This document shows, piece after piece, positions 1 to 11,074 of a stretch of 64,000 bases of DNA; within the stretch, counting starts at the first letter, position 1, and every line of letters begins with the position of its first letter. The translations under genes were made by a program, and so were the position numbers. The stretch is from the NCBI GenBank assembly GCA_035934555.1, contig DASYXT010000141.1, positions 25,812 through 89,811 on the forward strand, in the 5' to 3' direction. The DNA is from Verrucomicrobiia bacterium (GTDB taxonomy: Bacteria; Verrucomicrobiota; Verrucomicrobiia; Limisphaerales; UBA8199). The notes beneath the pieces are model-generated. The model had not been told where the DNA came from and searched no databases. It worked only from the letters and a program-made list of their open reading frames with translations.

Positions 1-197
1 TGGATGGCACGGTGGATCAGGCCGTCTGCGAACAATTCGAAAGGCACATGGCCGGGTGCAACCCCTGCCAGGTGGTGGTGGACAATATCCGCAAAACCAT
101 CACGCTTTACAAAGCCGGCCAACCGTATGATTTGCCCGTCGAGTTCCGCACCCGCCTCCATGAGGCGCTGCGTCGAAAGTGGAACGACGCGCGGTGA
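1..197 (+). CDS. zinc-binding anti-sigma factor (ZAS/RsrA-like), 5' end truncated by window edge
   Basis: ORF 12..197 remains open back to position 3. It has the H-x3-C-x2-C motif (ERHMAGCNPC) characteristic of ZAS anti-sigma factors. Comparison with RsrA-like proteins from memory suggests the true N-terminus lies upstream of the window. Confidence 0.6.
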   Translation, partial: DGTVDQAVCEQFERHMAGCNPCQVVVDNIRKTITLYKAGQPYDLPVEFRTRLHEALRRKWNDAR

Positions 198-971
198 TCA
201 CTTTCCTGCTGCTGCCGAAAACTCGCTAAGGGTCTCCAAATCCGCCTCTCTGACCGCGGATTCAAACGGGCCGCTCGATGGGCGCATGCTTGCCTCGAGC
301 CAACGGCGGAGCGCTTCGGCCTCGCCGGTGCAAAATCGGCGCAAGTGTTGGTTGGCAGACTCGAACTCGGCATCAGCCACCGCGCCTCGTGCTATCCTGG
401 CGACCGCCGGCAGGCGCCCGCCGAACCAGCCCTGGGGCAGCCCAGCAAGGCCGCGGACCGGCTGGAAAACACACCACAGAAGCCGCAGCAGCGCAGCACG
501 CAAATGCTCCGCCCCGGCGCCCAGTGGCCCATGCACCTGCCAGTCGGGATGGCTACCCTCCCCTGCCCCAGGCCGGGCTATACCCAGTTCAAGGCCATCC
601 TCGCTCACCCGCCACATGAGCAAACGCGGTGTGCCCGGCCACGTGCCGGCCCGGTTGAACCGGGGTCGCAAAGCCCGGAGCAATTCCGCTTCTCGAGCCA
701 GTGCTCCAGCCTCGTCAGCACACTGCTCCAACTCGATTCGCCTTACTACGCGCAGCAACCGCAAGTGCCGGCGCGCCATCCGCTCAGGGTTGGCGACCCG
801 ATAACTGCCAAGCCGCCGGCGCAGGTTCTTTGCCTTGCCGACATATACGACAGCATCCGCCGAGTCGCGCATCATGTATACGCCGGGCCCTGTGGGCGCC
901 TCGCGGAAAAAGTCGGCGCCGAGTCGTTCGACCAGCGGGCGCGGGTCGGCAAACATCAGCAGTTGTGGCAT
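198..971 (-). CDS. GIY-YIG nuclease domain protein (UvrC N-terminal-like)
   Basis: N-terminal GVYMMRD...VVYVGKAKNLRRRLGSY...E..LL matches the GIY-YIG / UvrC N-terminal signature. The rest of the protein has no recognised motifs. Confidence 0.65.
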   Translation of the reverse strand: MPQLLMFADPRPLVERLGADFFREAPTGPGVYMMRDSADAVVYVGKAKNLRRRLGSYRVANPERMARRHLRLLRVVRRIELEQCADEAGALAREAELLRALRPRFNRAGTWPGTPRLLMWRVSEDGLELGIARPGAGEGSHPDWQVHGPLGAGAEHLRAALLRLLWCVFQPVRGLAGLPQGWFGGRLPAVARIARGAVADAEFESANQHLRRFCTGEAEALRRWLEASMRPSSGPFESAVREADLETLSEFSAAAGK

Positions 972-1088
972 CGGATTTGTGATAGGCGATCACCCGAAGT
1001 CGGTAAAGGCCAAATCGCTCGGACTGGAAACTACGGGCATAATTATACTGGCCCATTTCCGCCGGGAGCAGTTAACTCTGGTGTAGCC

Positions 1089-1892
1089 GTGGCCACCGCG
1101 CCGTCAACGCCCGTCCTCCCCCCGCCGGCCCAACCGGCACCGGCAACACCTGTTGTTATTCTCGGTGCGCTTGGGGCCGCGGCCAGGCAGGCGTTGCTGC
1201 TCGCGTTCTTTGCCCAAATCTTTGGCAGCGTCGCCCTGGGTATCGTCAGCGGTATTTGGAGTCAGATGGCCCCCTCGCTGCCGCCCGGCCTGGGGTTTCC
1301 TCTTCAACTCGAGGCTCAGCCGGGTTCTGGCTGGCACTTCCATTGGTTTCAACAACATCGCTTTGTCTTACTGTTCCTGCTGTTTTTCGCCGTCGAGGTC
1401 GTGCAACGCTTGCTCGCGCAAGTTGCCGACCCACGCCATCAATGGGCCGCCGCGCGCCTGGACCGGCTTAAACGCCGCCTCTCCGAGAATTGGTTCCAAT
1501 TGATAGTTGGGAATGCGTTCGGCGCGTTCGTGCCGGCGCTAGTGATGCAAGTCGTGGGTCAATACACTCTCGGCAATATGATTCTGCCGATCCTGGGGAA
1601 CACATTCGGACCAGTCATCCACACCGTTGCGGGGGCTTTCCACGCCACCGGCCTGGTCCAATGGGTCGCAAACCTGGTGCACTGGGAGAGCAGTAACAAC
1701 TTCAAGTTCCTGTTTTGGTCTTTATATGCCGCCTCGATCTGCGACGACCTCGGCCTGCCTAATCTCAAGACCATGGTGAAATGGCTTTGGCGCAGGTTCA
1801 CAGGACACGCGGTTAGCGATGCCGCTATCCAGCGGCCACCCGCTCCACATCCCGAAACACGCGTAGAAAGTTCAAACCGGCGATCTTCTTGA
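1089..1892 (+). CDS. hypothetical multi-pass membrane protein
   Basis: This is the 3' part of ORF 345..1892. It contains several hydrophobic helices (VVILGALGAAARQALLLAFFAQIFGSVALGIV, FVLLFLLFFAV, FGAFVPALVMQVV). The 5' part of the ORF is antisense to the GIY-YIG gene, so a GTG start at 1089 is assumed (ATG alternative at 1266). It overlaps the convergent dipeptidase gene by 68 nt. Confidence 0.4.
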   Translation: MATAPSTPVLPPPAQPAPATPVVILGALGAAARQALLLAFFAQIFGSVALGIVSGIWSQMAPSLPPGLGFPLQLEAQPGSGWHFHWFQQHRFVLLFLLFFAVEVVQRLLAQVADPRHQWAAARLDRLKRRLSENWFQLIVGNAFGAFVPALVMQVVGQYTLGNMILPILGNTFGPVIHTVAGAFHATGLVQWVANLVHWESSNNFKFLFWSLYAASICDDLGLPNLKTMVKWLWRRFTGHAVSDAAIQRPPAPHPETRVESSNRRSS

Positions 1893-2988
1893 TGTCCTCG
1901 CCGCTATAGCCGCGCCGGAGCAGTTCCTCCAGCAACGCCGGGTAACAGGATACGTCCTCCAACCCACGCACCTCGCCGATGAACCCTTCGAAATCCGAGC
2001 CGATACCGACATGGTCAATCCCGGCGGCTTCTCGAAGGTGATCGATATGGTTTGCGACGTCGTTTAGAGTTGCGGGCGGCGCCGGGTGCGCGCGACGCCA
2101 CGCCTGTAACTGAGCATCAACTTGGTCCGGCTTATCCGGGAAAGCTTTGGCCAGCCGCTCTTTTTCGGCGAGCGCTGCCGACCAGTGCGCGCTGTTGGCT
2201 TCGTTCAAATAGCCCGGCAGGAAGCAGGCCATCACGATGCCGCCGTTATTGCGCAGCGCGCGCAGCAGGTCATCAGGCACGTTGCGCGGATGATTGCATA
2301 CCGCCCGAGCGGACGAATGTGAAAAGATCACCGGCGCGCTGGAAACGCGCAGCGCGGCGCGCATGGTTTCATCGGTCACATGCGACAGGTCCACGAGCAT
2401 GCCCAGGCGGTTCATTTCGCGCACAACGTCCTGCCCGAAGGGCGTCAGCCCGTGATGCGCGGGTGAGTCGCCGGCGGCATCGGCCCAATCGTTGTTCTTC
2501 ACATGCGTGAGCGTCAGGTAGCGCGAGCCGAGCGCATGGAACATCCGCAGCACCGCCAGCGAGTTGTCGATGAGATGGCCTCCTTCCAAGCCGACCAGGC
2601 ACGCGATTCGGCCGGCTCGATGGATGCCGTCGATATCCTCGGCTCGCAGCGCCAGCGCGAAATCCTTGGGGTATCTGTGAACCATGCGATACACCAGATC
2701 GATTTGCTCGAGGGCAGCACGCACCAACGCCGCCCCGGCGGGTTTGGGGGGGAGATAAATGGCCCAGAACTGCGCGCCGACGCCACCGCGGCGCAGGCGC
2801 GGAATATCGGTCAGCAACGGCGGCTCGAGCGTGCTGGTATCCCGCGACAGGTCGATGCCTTCGAGCGGCAGTTTGCGGTGCAGGAATTGCCAGGGCAAAT
2901 CGTTGTGACCATCCACCAGCGGCACTTGGCGCAACAACTCCTGCACGGTGGAGGATGGGTCCAAGGGCAATGACTGGTTGGGGCTCAC
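1825..2988 (-). CDS. membrane dipeptidase (peptidase family M19)
   Basis: [30 protein letters not shown] and GIGSDFEG motifs are typical of renal-dipeptidase-family M19 enzymes. Confidence 0.85.
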   Translation of the reverse strand: MSPNQSLPLDPSSTVQELLRQVPLVDGHNDLPWQFLHRKLPLEGIDLSRDTSTLEPPLLTDIPRLRRGGVGAQFWAIYLPPKPAGAALVRAALEQIDLVYRMVHRYPKDFALALRAEDIDGIHRAGRIACLVGLEGGHLIDNSLAVLRMFHALGSRYLTLTHVKNNDWADAAGDSPAHHGLTPFGQDVVREMNRLGMLVDLSHVTDETMRAALRVSSAPVIFSHSSARAVCNHPRNVPDDLLRALRNNGGIVMACFLPGYLNEANSAHWSAALAEKERLAKAFPDKPDQVDAQLQAWRRAHPAPPATLNDVANHIDHLREAAGIDHVGIGSDFEGFIGEVRGLEDVSCYPALLEELLRRGYSGEDIKKIAGLNFLRVFRDVERVAAG

Positions 2989-4991
2989 TCCTCGGCTGTG
3001 GCGAGCCTGGCAAGCACATTCAAATCTTCGAGGGTGGTCGTATCGCCTTTGATTTCGACGCCGGCGGCGATTTGTTTGAGCAAGCGGCGCATGATTTTGC
3101 CCGAGCGGGTTTTAGGCAACGCCTCGGCAAAACGGATGTCGTCGGGTTTGGCCACCGGCCCGATTTCCTTCGCGACGTGCTGCCGTAATTCCTCCCGCAG
3201 GCCGGGGTCGGCCTGCACGTCGCCTTTGAGTGTGACGAAAGCGACGAGCGCCTGGCCCTTGAGGTCGTCCGGGCGGCCCACTACCGCCGCCTCAGCAACC
3301 TTCGGGTGGCTGACGAGCGCGCTTTCCACTTCCGCGGTGCCGATGCGATGACCGGCGACATTGAGGACATCATCGATCCGGCCGACGATCCAGAAATAAC
3401 CGTCCTTGTCTTGCCGGCTGCCGTCGCCAGTGAAATAGCAGTTCTTCACCTCGCTCCAGTAAACGGACTTATAGCGCTCGGGATCGCCCCACAAGCCGCG
3501 GAGCATGCCGGGCCAGGGCTTGCGGATTACGAGTTTGCCGCCGCTGTTGCGCGGCACGCCCTGGCCCTGGTCGTCCACCACTTCAGGCACGATGCCGAAG
3601 AAGGGCAGCGTGGCCGAGCCGGGCTTGGTGGGTGTCGCCCCAGGCAAGGGCGTGATCATGATTCCGCCGGTCTCGGTTTGCCACCAGGTATCGACAATCG
3701 GACAGCGCTTGCGGCCGATGTGCTCGTGATACCACATCCACGCCTCCGGGTTGATCGGTTCTCCCACCGACCCCAACAGCCGCAGTGAACTCAAGTCATG
3801 TTTCCGCGGCCAGTCCACGCCCCATTTCATGAACGCCCGGATGGCGGTTGGCGCCGTGTAGAGCACCGTCACACCGTACTTCGCGATAATGCGCCAGAAG
3901 CGGTCGGGCTCGGGGAAATTGGGCGCGCCTTCGTACATGAGGCTGGTGGCGCCGTTGGCCAGCGGCCCATAAACAACGTAACTGTGCCCGGTGACCCAGC
4001 CGACATCGGCGGTGCACCAATAGACGTCCTCGGGACGCAGATCAAAGACCAGGCGTGTTGTCAGCTTGGCATACAATAGGTACCCGGCGGTGGTGTGCAG
4101 GATGCCCTTGGGTTTGCCGGTGGAACCGCTGGTATAAAGAATGAACAGCGGCGCTTCGCTGTCGAGTTTGGCGGCGGGGCAATCGGCTTTCGCCTGGGCC
4201 ATTTCTTCGTGCCACCAGCGGTCGCGGCTGGGGTCGAAGTGCACCGGGTTGCCGGCGCGTTTGAGCACAATCACCTTCTCGATGGACCTGGCCAGCAACT
4301 CGCCGGCGCTGTTCTTCAACGTCAGCGCTTCATCGACGTTTTGCTTAAGCGGCACAACAGTGCCGCGGCGGAACCCGCCATCGGCGGTGACCACCAGCCG
4401 CGCTTGCGAATCCTGGATGCGGTCGGCAACCGATTGCGCGCTGAACCCGCCGAAGACAACCGAGTGCACGGCGCCGATGCGCGCGCAGGCCAGCATCGCG
4501 ATTGCCGCCTCGGGCACCATAGGCATGTAGAGCAGCACGCGATCGCCGCGGCCAATACCCTGCGCCTTCAAGACGTTTGCGAACCGGCAGACCTCATGGT
4601 GCAATTGCCGGTAAGTCAGGGTCCGCTCCTCGCCCGCTTTGCCCGGCCCGGCCGGTTCGCCTTCCCAGATCAGCGCTGCCTGGTTGGCCGTCGGCGTGCC
4701 CAGATGCCGGTCCAGGCAGTTGTAACTCACGTTGATCTGGCCCCCGGCAAACCAGCGAGCGAAGGGTTCCTTCCATTCGAGAGTTTTTTTCCACGGTTTG
4801 AACCACACCAACTCGGCCCTGGCTTGCCGCGACCAGAATTGCTCGGGCTTCCGAACCGACTCGTCATAAAGTTTGCGATACTGGGCGAGGGACTTGATAT
4901 GGGCGCGACGCGCAAACTCGGCAGCAGGGCGAAAGACGCGTCGTTCCTGCAGGACCGACTCAATACGCGCGGGGCTTGGGATTTCAGCCAT
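2985..4991 (-). CDS. acs: acetyl-CoA synthetase (AMP-forming)
   Basis: 668 aa with full-length similarity to Acs: [17 protein letters not shown], the [14 protein letters not shown]-binding motif, WWQTETGG, and the C-terminal [14 protein letters not shown]. It overlaps the downstream dipeptidase start by 4 nt. Confidence 0.97.
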   Translation of the reverse strand: MAEIPSPARIESVLQERRVFRPAAEFARRAHIKSLAQYRKLYDESVRKPEQFWSRQARAELVWFKPWKKTLEWKEPFARWFAGGQINVSYNCLDRHLGTPTANQAALIWEGEPAGPGKAGEERTLTYRQLHHEVCRFANVLKAQGIGRGDRVLLYMPMVPEAAIAMLACARIGAVHSVVFGGFSAQSVADRIQDSQARLVVTADGGFRRGTVVPLKQNVDEALTLKNSAGELLARSIEKVIVLKRAGNPVHFDPSRDRWWHEEMAQAKADCPAAKLDSEAPLFILYTSGSTGKPKGILHTTAGYLLYAKLTTRLVFDLRPEDVYWCTADVGWVTGHSYVVYGPLANGATSLMYEGAPNFPEPDRFWRIIAKYGVTVLYTAPTAIRAFMKWGVDWPRKHDLSSLRLLGSVGEPINPEAWMWYHEHIGRKRCPIVDTWWQTETGGIMITPLPGATPTKPGSATLPFFGIVPEVVDDQGQGVPRNSGGKLVIRKPWPGMLRGLWGDPERYKSVYWSEVKNCYFTGDGSRQDKDGYFWIVGRIDDVLNVAGHRIGTAEVESALVSHPKVAEAAVVGRPDDLKGQALVAFVTLKGDVQADPGLREELRQHVAKEIGPVAKPDDIRFAEALPKTRSGKIMRRLLKQIAAGVEIKGDTTTLEDLNVLARLATAEE

Positions 4992-5108
4992 AAGGATCAG
5001 AGGTTTCAGCAGTGATTAAAAGGGAGATTGCCCAGGAGCGTCAACGCCGGAAATGGTTCAATGGAATGATAGCACGATGGAATCAGGACGCGTAGGGGCG
5101 CTCAGGAC

Positions 5109-5393
5109 TTATTCCGCAAACATCTCCCGCAACTGAGTGAGGATCGCCTCGCAGACCGTCGGGTGCAGACTGCCCAGGCAGCGGAGACAACGTGGCTTCG
5201 ACAGACTTCGGAGATGGTCAAGGGCGATCTGTCCGTTAACGCCGGCAAACCGACAAGGCGGACGAAACGGCGCGCTAAAACCGCCACTCGTTAGGGGTGC
5301 CACCAGGACCGTAAGCAAGCGCGCATTCATCTCGTCGGGTGAGACAATCACCACCGGCCGCGTTTTTTGCATCTCCGAACGGCGGCATCCCAT
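5109..5393 (-). CDS. MazF/PemK-family toxin, N-terminally short (possibly degraded)
   Basis: RSEMQKTRPVVIVSPDEMN aligns with the MazF GSEQAGHRPAVVLSP core. The ORF can be no longer than 94 aa and lacks the first beta-strand (GDIWxVDF). Confidence 0.6.
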   Translation of the reverse strand: MGCRRSEMQKTRPVVIVSPDEMNARLLTVLVAPLTSGGFSAPFRPPCRFAGVNGQIALDHLRSLSKPRCLRCLGSLHPTVCEAILTQLREMFAE

Positions 5394-5632
5394 TTGTGGG
5401 GTGCCTCGCGGAAGGCTTGCAACTCCTCGAAATCGCGCTCCAACTCTTGTTCGGGAATCGCGCGTAACGCCTCAGCCCAACCTTCACGCGCACGATGCGG
5501 GCTGGGGCTTATCACGAGGGTCTTGTCCTGAACCTTGACCGTGGCCTCGGTACCAAAACCGCAGGCGTCCAGAAGTTCCTTGGGCAAGAGCAAACCGAAT
5601 CCGTCGCCCATCTTTTCAATTTTCGCTTGCAC
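5348..5632 (-). CDS. MazE/AbrB (SpoVT)-family antitoxin
   Basis: MQAKIEKMGDGFGLLLPKELLDACGFGTEATVKV fits the AbrB/MazE swapped-hairpin N-terminus. It lies immediately upstream of, and overlaps, the MazF-like ORF by 46 nt. Confidence 0.7.
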   Translation of the reverse strand: MQAKIEKMGDGFGLLLPKELLDACGFGTEATVKVQDKTLVISPSPHRAREGWAEALRAIPEQELERDFEELQAFREAPHKWDAAVRRCKKRGRW

Positions 5633-5727
5633 GGTGAGAAGGTACGCCCTTCAGGAAACCGCGACAACTCCCGTTTGTAAGGTTGTACGCCGCCTGCTCA
5701 ACAACTCGCAGCGGGAAACGTAAATAG

Positions 5728-8118
5728 CTATTTGCGAGGCTTATCGACGCTTGTGGCGGTTTCTCCCACCAATTCGGCATTGAGGCGCAGCGGCCGGCCG
5801 CGTTTCAGCTCGACCTCCAACACGCGGTTTCCATAACGAACGGTGGCCGTTTGGTTCGACGACGAACGCAGCGTCGCCTCGAGCAGTTTGCCTCCGCGCC
5901 AGTTGATATCCACCTCGATTCCTCCCCGGGCCCGCAATCCGGTTACGCTCCCCTCAGGCCACGCTTGCGAGAGTGCCGGCAATAACTCGATTTCACCCGC
6001 TTGACTCTGAAGCAGCATCTCGGCGATGGCCGATGTGCCGCCGAAATTTCCGTCGATCTGAAACGGCGGATGCGCGTCGAACATATTGGGGTAGGTGCGG
6101 GAAGGATCGAACAGGTGAGTGATAATGCTCATCGCGCGGTCCCCGTCATGAAGACGCGCCCAACAATTAATGCGCCAGGCAATGGCCCAGCCGGTCGTGA
6201 TATCTCCCCGGGTGTTGAGGCTGACTTTGGCCGCCGCAGCCAGCGCGGGGGTCCCACGCGGCGTGATCTGTGCGCTGGGATAAAGGGCATAAAGATGCGA
6301 AATGTGGCGATGCTTCTGGTCCGGCGCCTGCGCGTCCCAGTCCTCAAGCCACTCCTGCAATTGTCCGTTCTTGCCGATTTGCAGCGGGGCGAGGCGCGAC
6401 CGGGTCTGCTCCAGTTTCCTGCTGAATTCGGCATCGGTTTTGAGAATCCGCGCGGCGTCGATACAATGTGAGAACAAATCCTGGAGGATTTCCGAGTCCA
6501 TGCTCGGTCCCGCGCAAATTCCGGACCCGAACGGATGCTGATTTTCCGGGGAGATGGAAGGGTTGGTCACCAGCCATTTGTGTTGGGGTTCCTCCACCAG
6601 CGTGTCGAGAAAGAATTGAGCCGCGCCGCGCATAATCGGATACACCTCCTTCAGGTATCGCCGGTCGCCGCTGAAGGCGTAATGCTCCCAAAGCTGCTGG
6701 CAGAGCCAGGCGCCGCCCATGGGCCACATCCCGGAGCCCGGGCCGTCGATGGGTCCGGTGGCACGCCACAAGTCGGTGTTGTGATGGGCGACCCAGCCGC
6801 TGGCGCCGTACATTTCACGGGCGGTTCGCGCGCCTGTTTGGGACAGGTCTTTCACCATGGAAATGAGCGGCTCGACGCATTCGGCGAGGTTGCACGGCTC
6901 GGCCGGCCAGTAATTCATCTCGGTATTGATGTTGATGGTGTATTTGCCGCCCCAGGGCGGGGTCATGCTGCGATTCCACAGCCCCTGAAGGTTTGCGGGC
7001 TGCCCGCCGGGCCGCGAACAGCTTATCAGCAGATACCGGCCGAATTGGAAGTAGAGCGCGGCAAACTGGGGGTCGTCGCCGTTATGAAAATTCCGGATAC
7101 GTTCGTCGGTGGGCAATTTCATCGCGTCGCTGGCGCCCAGGTCGAGGGAGACGCGGTGGAACAGGCGCTGGTAATCGCGCACATGACGTTCGAGCAAGGC
7201 ATCGTAGCGCTTGGATTCGGCAGCCGCGATTTGAGCTTTCACCTGTGCTTCGGGGTCACCGCTGACGTCCTGGAAATTTCGATAGCTCGTTGCCGCGGCA
7301 ATCAGGAGCGTGGCCGAATCGGCATCGGCGACCATGACAGTATTGGATGTTGAGGTGATAGTTCCCCCGTCGGCGAGGACCCGGACCCGCACCTCAAATT
7401 TAAGCGCGCCATGGATTCCTTCCGAGCTCCCATTGACGCCGCGCATGACCAGAGTGTTTCCGGATTCCGTTTCGATGCTCGCCTTCTGCGGTGTGTCCAA
7501 GGAAGCTGTGAAGGAGAGCGCGCGCTGCTTGTTCGCGGTGAGGTGGACCACAATGACATGGTCGGCGGCGCTGGCGAAGGCCTCGCGCAAAAACCGGGTG
7601 CCTTTGGCGGTGTACGCGACGCTCGCCACCGCGGTGTCCAGGTTGAGCTGACGCCGGTAATCCTCGACCGAGTCAACCTCAGGGGTCGTGAGGAGCAAGT
7701 CGCCGGCGGTTTCGTAGGGCATCTGTCCCAGAGGTTTGGACATCACTTTCGCGCTGATGAGCCTGGCCGCCTCGGCATACTTGCCTTCGAACACCAGTCG
7801 CCGCACTTCCGGCAGGGCCGCTTTGGCCTGAGGATTGACCTGGTCGTACGGGCCTCCGGCCCAGAGCGTGTCCTCATTCAACTGCAGTTGCTCGCGGTTT
7901 ATCCTGCCAAAGATCATCGCGCCGATTCGCCCGTTGCCAATCGCAATGGCTTCCTCCCACTTACTGGCGGGCTGGCGATACCACAGGCTCAGTGGCTGGT
8001 CGGGGGGCGATGCGGTTCCGCTTAACTGGGGATTGGCGGCGAGCAGCGGCGACGAGCAACCGGCGAGAATCGCGCAACAAACCAGGCGATAGAGGGAGAC
8101 GTTCATATTACAGGTCAA
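5728..8118 (-). CDS. glycoside hydrolase family 95 (alpha-L-fucosidase / alpha-L-galactosidase type), lipoprotein signal
   Basis: [27 protein letters not shown]...[10 protein letters not shown] is the GH95 N-terminal signature, and the length is right (796 aa). The N-terminal signal has a lipobox-like AILAGC. Confidence 0.9.
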   Translation of the reverse strand: MTCNMNVSLYRLVCCAILAGCSSPLLAANPQLSGTASPPDQPLSLWYRQPASKWEEAIAIGNGRIGAMIFGRINREQLQLNEDTLWAGGPYDQVNPQAKAALPEVRRLVFEGKYAEAARLISAKVMSKPLGQMPYETAGDLLLTTPEVDSVEDYRRQLNLDTAVASVAYTAKGTRFLREAFASAADHVIVVHLTANKQRALSFTASLDTPQKASIETESGNTLVMRGVNGSSEGIHGALKFEVRVRVLADGGTITSTSNTVMVADADSATLLIAAATSYRNFQDVSGDPEAQVKAQIAAAESKRYDALLERHVRDYQRLFHRVSLDLGASDAMKLPTDERIRNFHNGDDPQFAALYFQFGRYLLISCSRPGGQPANLQGLWNRSMTPPWGGKYTININTEMNYWPAEPCNLAECVEPLISMVKDLSQTGARTAREMYGASGWVAHHNTDLWRATGPIDGPGSGMWPMGGAWLCQQLWEHYAFSGDRRYLKEVYPIMRGAAQFFLDTLVEEPQHKWLVTNPSISPENQHPFGSGICAGPSMDSEILQDLFSHCIDAARILKTDAEFSRKLEQTRSRLAPLQIGKNGQLQEWLEDWDAQAPDQKHRHISHLYALYPSAQITPRGTPALAAAAKVSLNTRGDITTGWAIAWRINCWARLHDGDRAMSIITHLFDPSRTYPNMFDAHPPFQIDGNFGGTSAIAEMLLQSQAGEIELLPALSQAWPEGSVTGLRARGGIEVDINWRGGKLLEATLRSSSNQTATVRYGNRVLEVELKRGRPLRLNAELVGETATSVDKPRK

Positions 8119-8156
8119 CGCGGGTAGGAGTCATATATCAATCGGGAATCAGAAAA

Positions 8157-8948
8157 CTATGGGCTGGTGCGGACGTTTACCTGGAAGCTTCCCGGCACGC
8201 ATTTTTCGGAAACGACGATGAGATACCCGCCACCGCAGCCGGAATACATCGCGCCGCGGTATTCGGCCTGATACGCACTTAGCAACGGGATGAGGTCCTT
8301 GCGGAGCAGCGGATGACGCAGGACGTGCGGCAGAAGCGCGCCCCAGCATTTCATCGTCAGGTTCAGCGACTCGCCCAGGGCTTTGGCATCCATGCGGGTA
8401 ATGGCGTCATAACAATCCTTGCCTGAGCGCCCGAGCCGGGCAACCCATGCCGGGGCGAGATGTTTCACACCCAACGGATTGTAACCTTGCGGTCGCGGTT
8501 CGACGGCGATCAGGTGCAAGACCGCGCTCAACCACCGGGCAACTTTTTTGGAAGTACAGGTTTCGATGTGTGATGGAAACACGCCGCCATCAAAGTTGAA
8601 ATCATAATCGAGGCGGTTCACACCGGGATAAATGAGGCCGATCATATCCTGCGAACCGCTCGGCTGGGTCTTGCCTCTATTTTCGGCGTCATACAACTCG
8701 CGGACGAGTTCCTGGCGGGGGCGCCTGGGCAACTGTCCGTTCCACAATTTCATGGCGACAGCGCGCGTGCCGCTGGCGATACCCGAGCGGTCCATGGGCG
8801 GGAAGTCCGGCTCGATTTGCACCACCACCATGGAACCTGGCGGCTGGGGATTGCGCCGGGAAACAAACGGCTGGTCAATCCAGCCGCCCGCAAGCTGAAG
8901 CCGGTTGGGAATCGAACCCAGCAGCGTTCCGACCGGGGATGCGCTCAT
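8157..8948 (-). CDS. GHMP-kinase-family sugar kinase-like protein (fucokinase/HddA-like, short form)
   Basis: RLQLAGGWIDQP (motif I-like), RSGIASGTRA (a divergent motif II), GSQDMIG (QDQ-like), and the C-terminal SGCGGGYLIVV (GAGGGGF-like). Confidence 0.6.
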   Translation of the reverse strand: MSASPVGTLLGSIPNRLQLAGGWIDQPFVSRRNPQPPGSMVVVQIEPDFPPMDRSGIASGTRAVAMKLWNGQLPRRPRQELVRELYDAENRGKTQPSGSQDMIGLIYPGVNRLDYDFNFDGGVFPSHIETCTSKKVARWLSAVLHLIAVEPRPQGYNPLGVKHLAPAWVARLGRSGKDCYDAITRMDAKALGESLNLTMKCWGALLPHVLRHPLLRKDLIPLLSAYQAEYRGAMYSGCGGGYLIVVSEKCVPGSFQVNVRTSP

Positions 8949-8954
8949 ATTCGT

Positions 8955-10007
8955 TCATCCGATACCCACGCGCTGGCCGGCTTTGCGAGCGTCATACTGC
9001 GTTTTAATCCACGCAAAGGTTTCAGCCAGGCCGCTGTCCAAGGTCGTACTGGGCTCCCAGTTTAGAACTTTCTTGATAAAGGTATTATCGGAGTTGCGGC
9101 CGGCGACACCCTGGGGCGCCGTCGGGTCGTACTTCCGTTTCAATGTGACGCCGGCAATTTTTTCGATCTTGGTCAACAGCGTATTGATGGAAACCATTTC
9201 GCTCGAACCGAGATTGATGGGCGTGGCGATCAGCTCGTCGGTATGCATGATCTTATCAATTCCCTGCACGCAATCGGCAATATACATAAAGCTGCGGGTT
9301 TGTTCGCCGTTGCCCCAGATCGTGATTTCCTTTTTGCCGCCTGCGGTGGCCTCGATCACCTTGCGGCAAAGCGCCGCGGGCGCCTTTTCCCGCCCGCCGT
9401 CCCAGGTGCCGTGCGGGCCGTACACGTTGTGGAAGCGGGCGATGGCCGTTTTGAGGCCGCGTTCGTGCCAGTACTCTTCGCAGAACTGCTCGGAAATCAG
9501 TTTTTCCCAGCCATAACCGCGCTCGGCCATTGCCGGGTACGCGTCGGACTCCTTTAGCGCTCGGACCTTAGGGTCCTTTTGCAGCAAGGTGTTGTAAGCG
9601 CACGCTGAACTGGAGAAAAAGTATCGGCGCGCGCCGGCGCGATAAGCAGCCTCGATCATGTGCGTGTTGATGAGAATCGAGCGGAGGCACTCGACCCGAA
9701 AGCGCTCGATGAAACCCATGCCGCCCATATCCGCGGCCAGATTATAGACCTCGACGGCGCCTTCGCAGACGCGGCGGGAGTTGTCCTCTCTGCTGACGTC
9801 GAGGCAAAGGTTCTGCACACCCGGGACATGCAGGTACCATTCGTAAAGGGGTTTTTTGTCCACCGCGCGAATGTTGGTGAAACCGCGGTTGGCGAAGTAC
9901 AGGGCGAGATTGCCGGCGATGAAACCGCCCGCGCCGGTGATGACGAGTAAGTCATCTTTCTTCAGCGGCTGCTCCGCTTCCACCAAACGTTTAGTCTCTT
10001 TCATCAA
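8955..10007 (-). CDS. GDP-mannose 3,5-epimerase
   Basis: Near full-length resemblance to plant/bacterial GME: ITGAGGFIAG, NLAADMGGMGFI, FFSSSACAY, FHNVYGPHGTWDGGREKAPAALCRK, GNGEQTRSF, GVAGRNSDN. Confidence 0.9.
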   Translation of the reverse strand: MMKETKRLVEAEQPLKKDDLLVITGAGGFIAGNLALYFANRGFTNIRAVDKKPLYEWYLHVPGVQNLCLDVSREDNSRRVCEGAVEVYNLAADMGGMGFIERFRVECLRSILINTHMIEAAYRAGARRYFFSSSACAYNTLLQKDPKVRALKESDAYPAMAERGYGWEKLISEQFCEEYWHERGLKTAIARFHNVYGPHGTWDGGREKAPAALCRKVIEATAGGKKEITIWGNGEQTRSFMYIADCVQGIDKIMHTDELIATPINLGSSEMVSINTLLTKIEKIAGVTLKRKYDPTAPQGVAGRNSDNTFIKKVLNWEPSTTLDSGLAETFAWIKTQYDARKAGQRVGIG

Positions 10008-11074
10008 TTCATCTTCTCTCTTTCTTTCATGGTTGAGAACAATTCGGCCACGCTGGCGGTGCCGGTGGTGCCGAGCTTGTGAATGACCACCGACGCGGCG
10101 GCGTTAGCCACTTCAAGGGCTTCGCGCAAGCCGGCGCCGCAGGCCAAAGCCACCGCTAGATTGGCCGAGACGGCATCGCCCGCGCCCACGACGTCGATGG
10201 GGCCGCGCACCGGCAGCGCCGGCACGTGCTCGATTTCGCCGGCTGGATTCGCGCCGAGCAACCCGCGTTCGGCCATCGTGATGAACACGCTCCGGCCATT
10301 GTGCCGCGCCAACTCCACAGCCGCTCTGCCAATCTCGGGCAACTCCAACGGCTTTTGCGCGCCGGTCAACGCCGCTAACTCCGCAGTGTTCATCTTAAAG
10401 AGCACCGGCGGAAAGCCGCGCAACGTGCGCCGGCTGTCAGCCAGCATCACGCAATTCGTATCGGCTTTGGCCAATTGGCTCAACGTTTTTAGCACCTGCC
10501 CCCCGACAACACCGGTTTCGGGAATGTCCACCTGGTCCAACACGATCAAGGCATCGACGGCGGCGCCCACCGCGGCAAGGCTTTGGCTGAGCTGCGCTTG
10601 AACCGCGGCGGGGGTCGGAGTCCAATTCTTGAAATCCAGGCGGTTGAGTTCGCGCGGCGGGGCGTCAGCCTCGAGGACCAGCGGCTTGCAGTAGGTGAAC
10701 GTGCGCCGCTGCGGTGTGCGCAGGAAGTGCTCGAGTCGAACGCCGGGCAATTGTTCCAGCGCCTGGCATAATTCGAAGCCTTCGCCGTCGCAACCGGCGT
10801 AACCGACCGGGAAGAGCGAACCGACGCCCAACGCGGCCAGGTTATTGAGGATGGTGCCGGCCCCCCCGGGTTGGGCGCGCACCCTGGCGACGTTGTGGAC
10901 CGGGAGGCCGGTTTCGAGCGAAAGCTCCGCGCGCGCAGGCTCAATTTCCAAATAGCGATCGAGGCAGAAATCTCCGAGCACGGCGACGCGCAGCGCGGGG
11001 TAGCGCGAAGTGAGCGCCTGGAAGCGCTCGGGCGACATTGCCTTGGGGAGCGAGCGCGGAGAGCCGGGGTTCAT
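10004..11074 (-). CDS. PfkB-family carbohydrate kinase (RfaE/HldE kinase-domain-like)
   Basis: RVAVLGDFCLDRYLE...GGAGTILNNLAALG at the N-terminus and the DVVGAGDAV anion-hole motif near the C-terminus. It has 4-nt overlaps with both neighbours. Confidence 0.8.
   Translation of the reverse strand: MNPGSPRSLPKAMSPERFQALTSRYPALRVAVLGDFCLDRYLEIEPARAELSLETGLPVHNVARVRAQPGGAGTILNNLAALGVGSLFPVGYAGCDGEGFELCQALEQLPGVRLEHFLRTPQRRTFTYCKPLVLEADAPPRELNRLDFKNWTPTPAAVQAQLSQSLAAVGAAVDALIVLDQVDIPETGVVGGQVLKTLSQLAKADTNCVMLADSRRTLRGFPPVLFKMNTAELAALTGAQKPLELPEIGRAAVELARHNGRSVFITMAERGLLGANPAGEIEHVPALPVRGPIDVVGAGDAVSANLAVALACGAGLREALEVANAAASVVIHKLGTTGTASVAELFSTMKEREKMN

Noticed and set aside
4-1088. ORF 4..804 and the 5' part of ORF 345..1892
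   Set aside because: They overlap the ZAS anti-sigma and GIY-YIG genes and have Arg/Ala/Pro/Ser-rich composition without motifs. Only the hydrophobic 3' part (from ~1089) looks like a real membrane protein.
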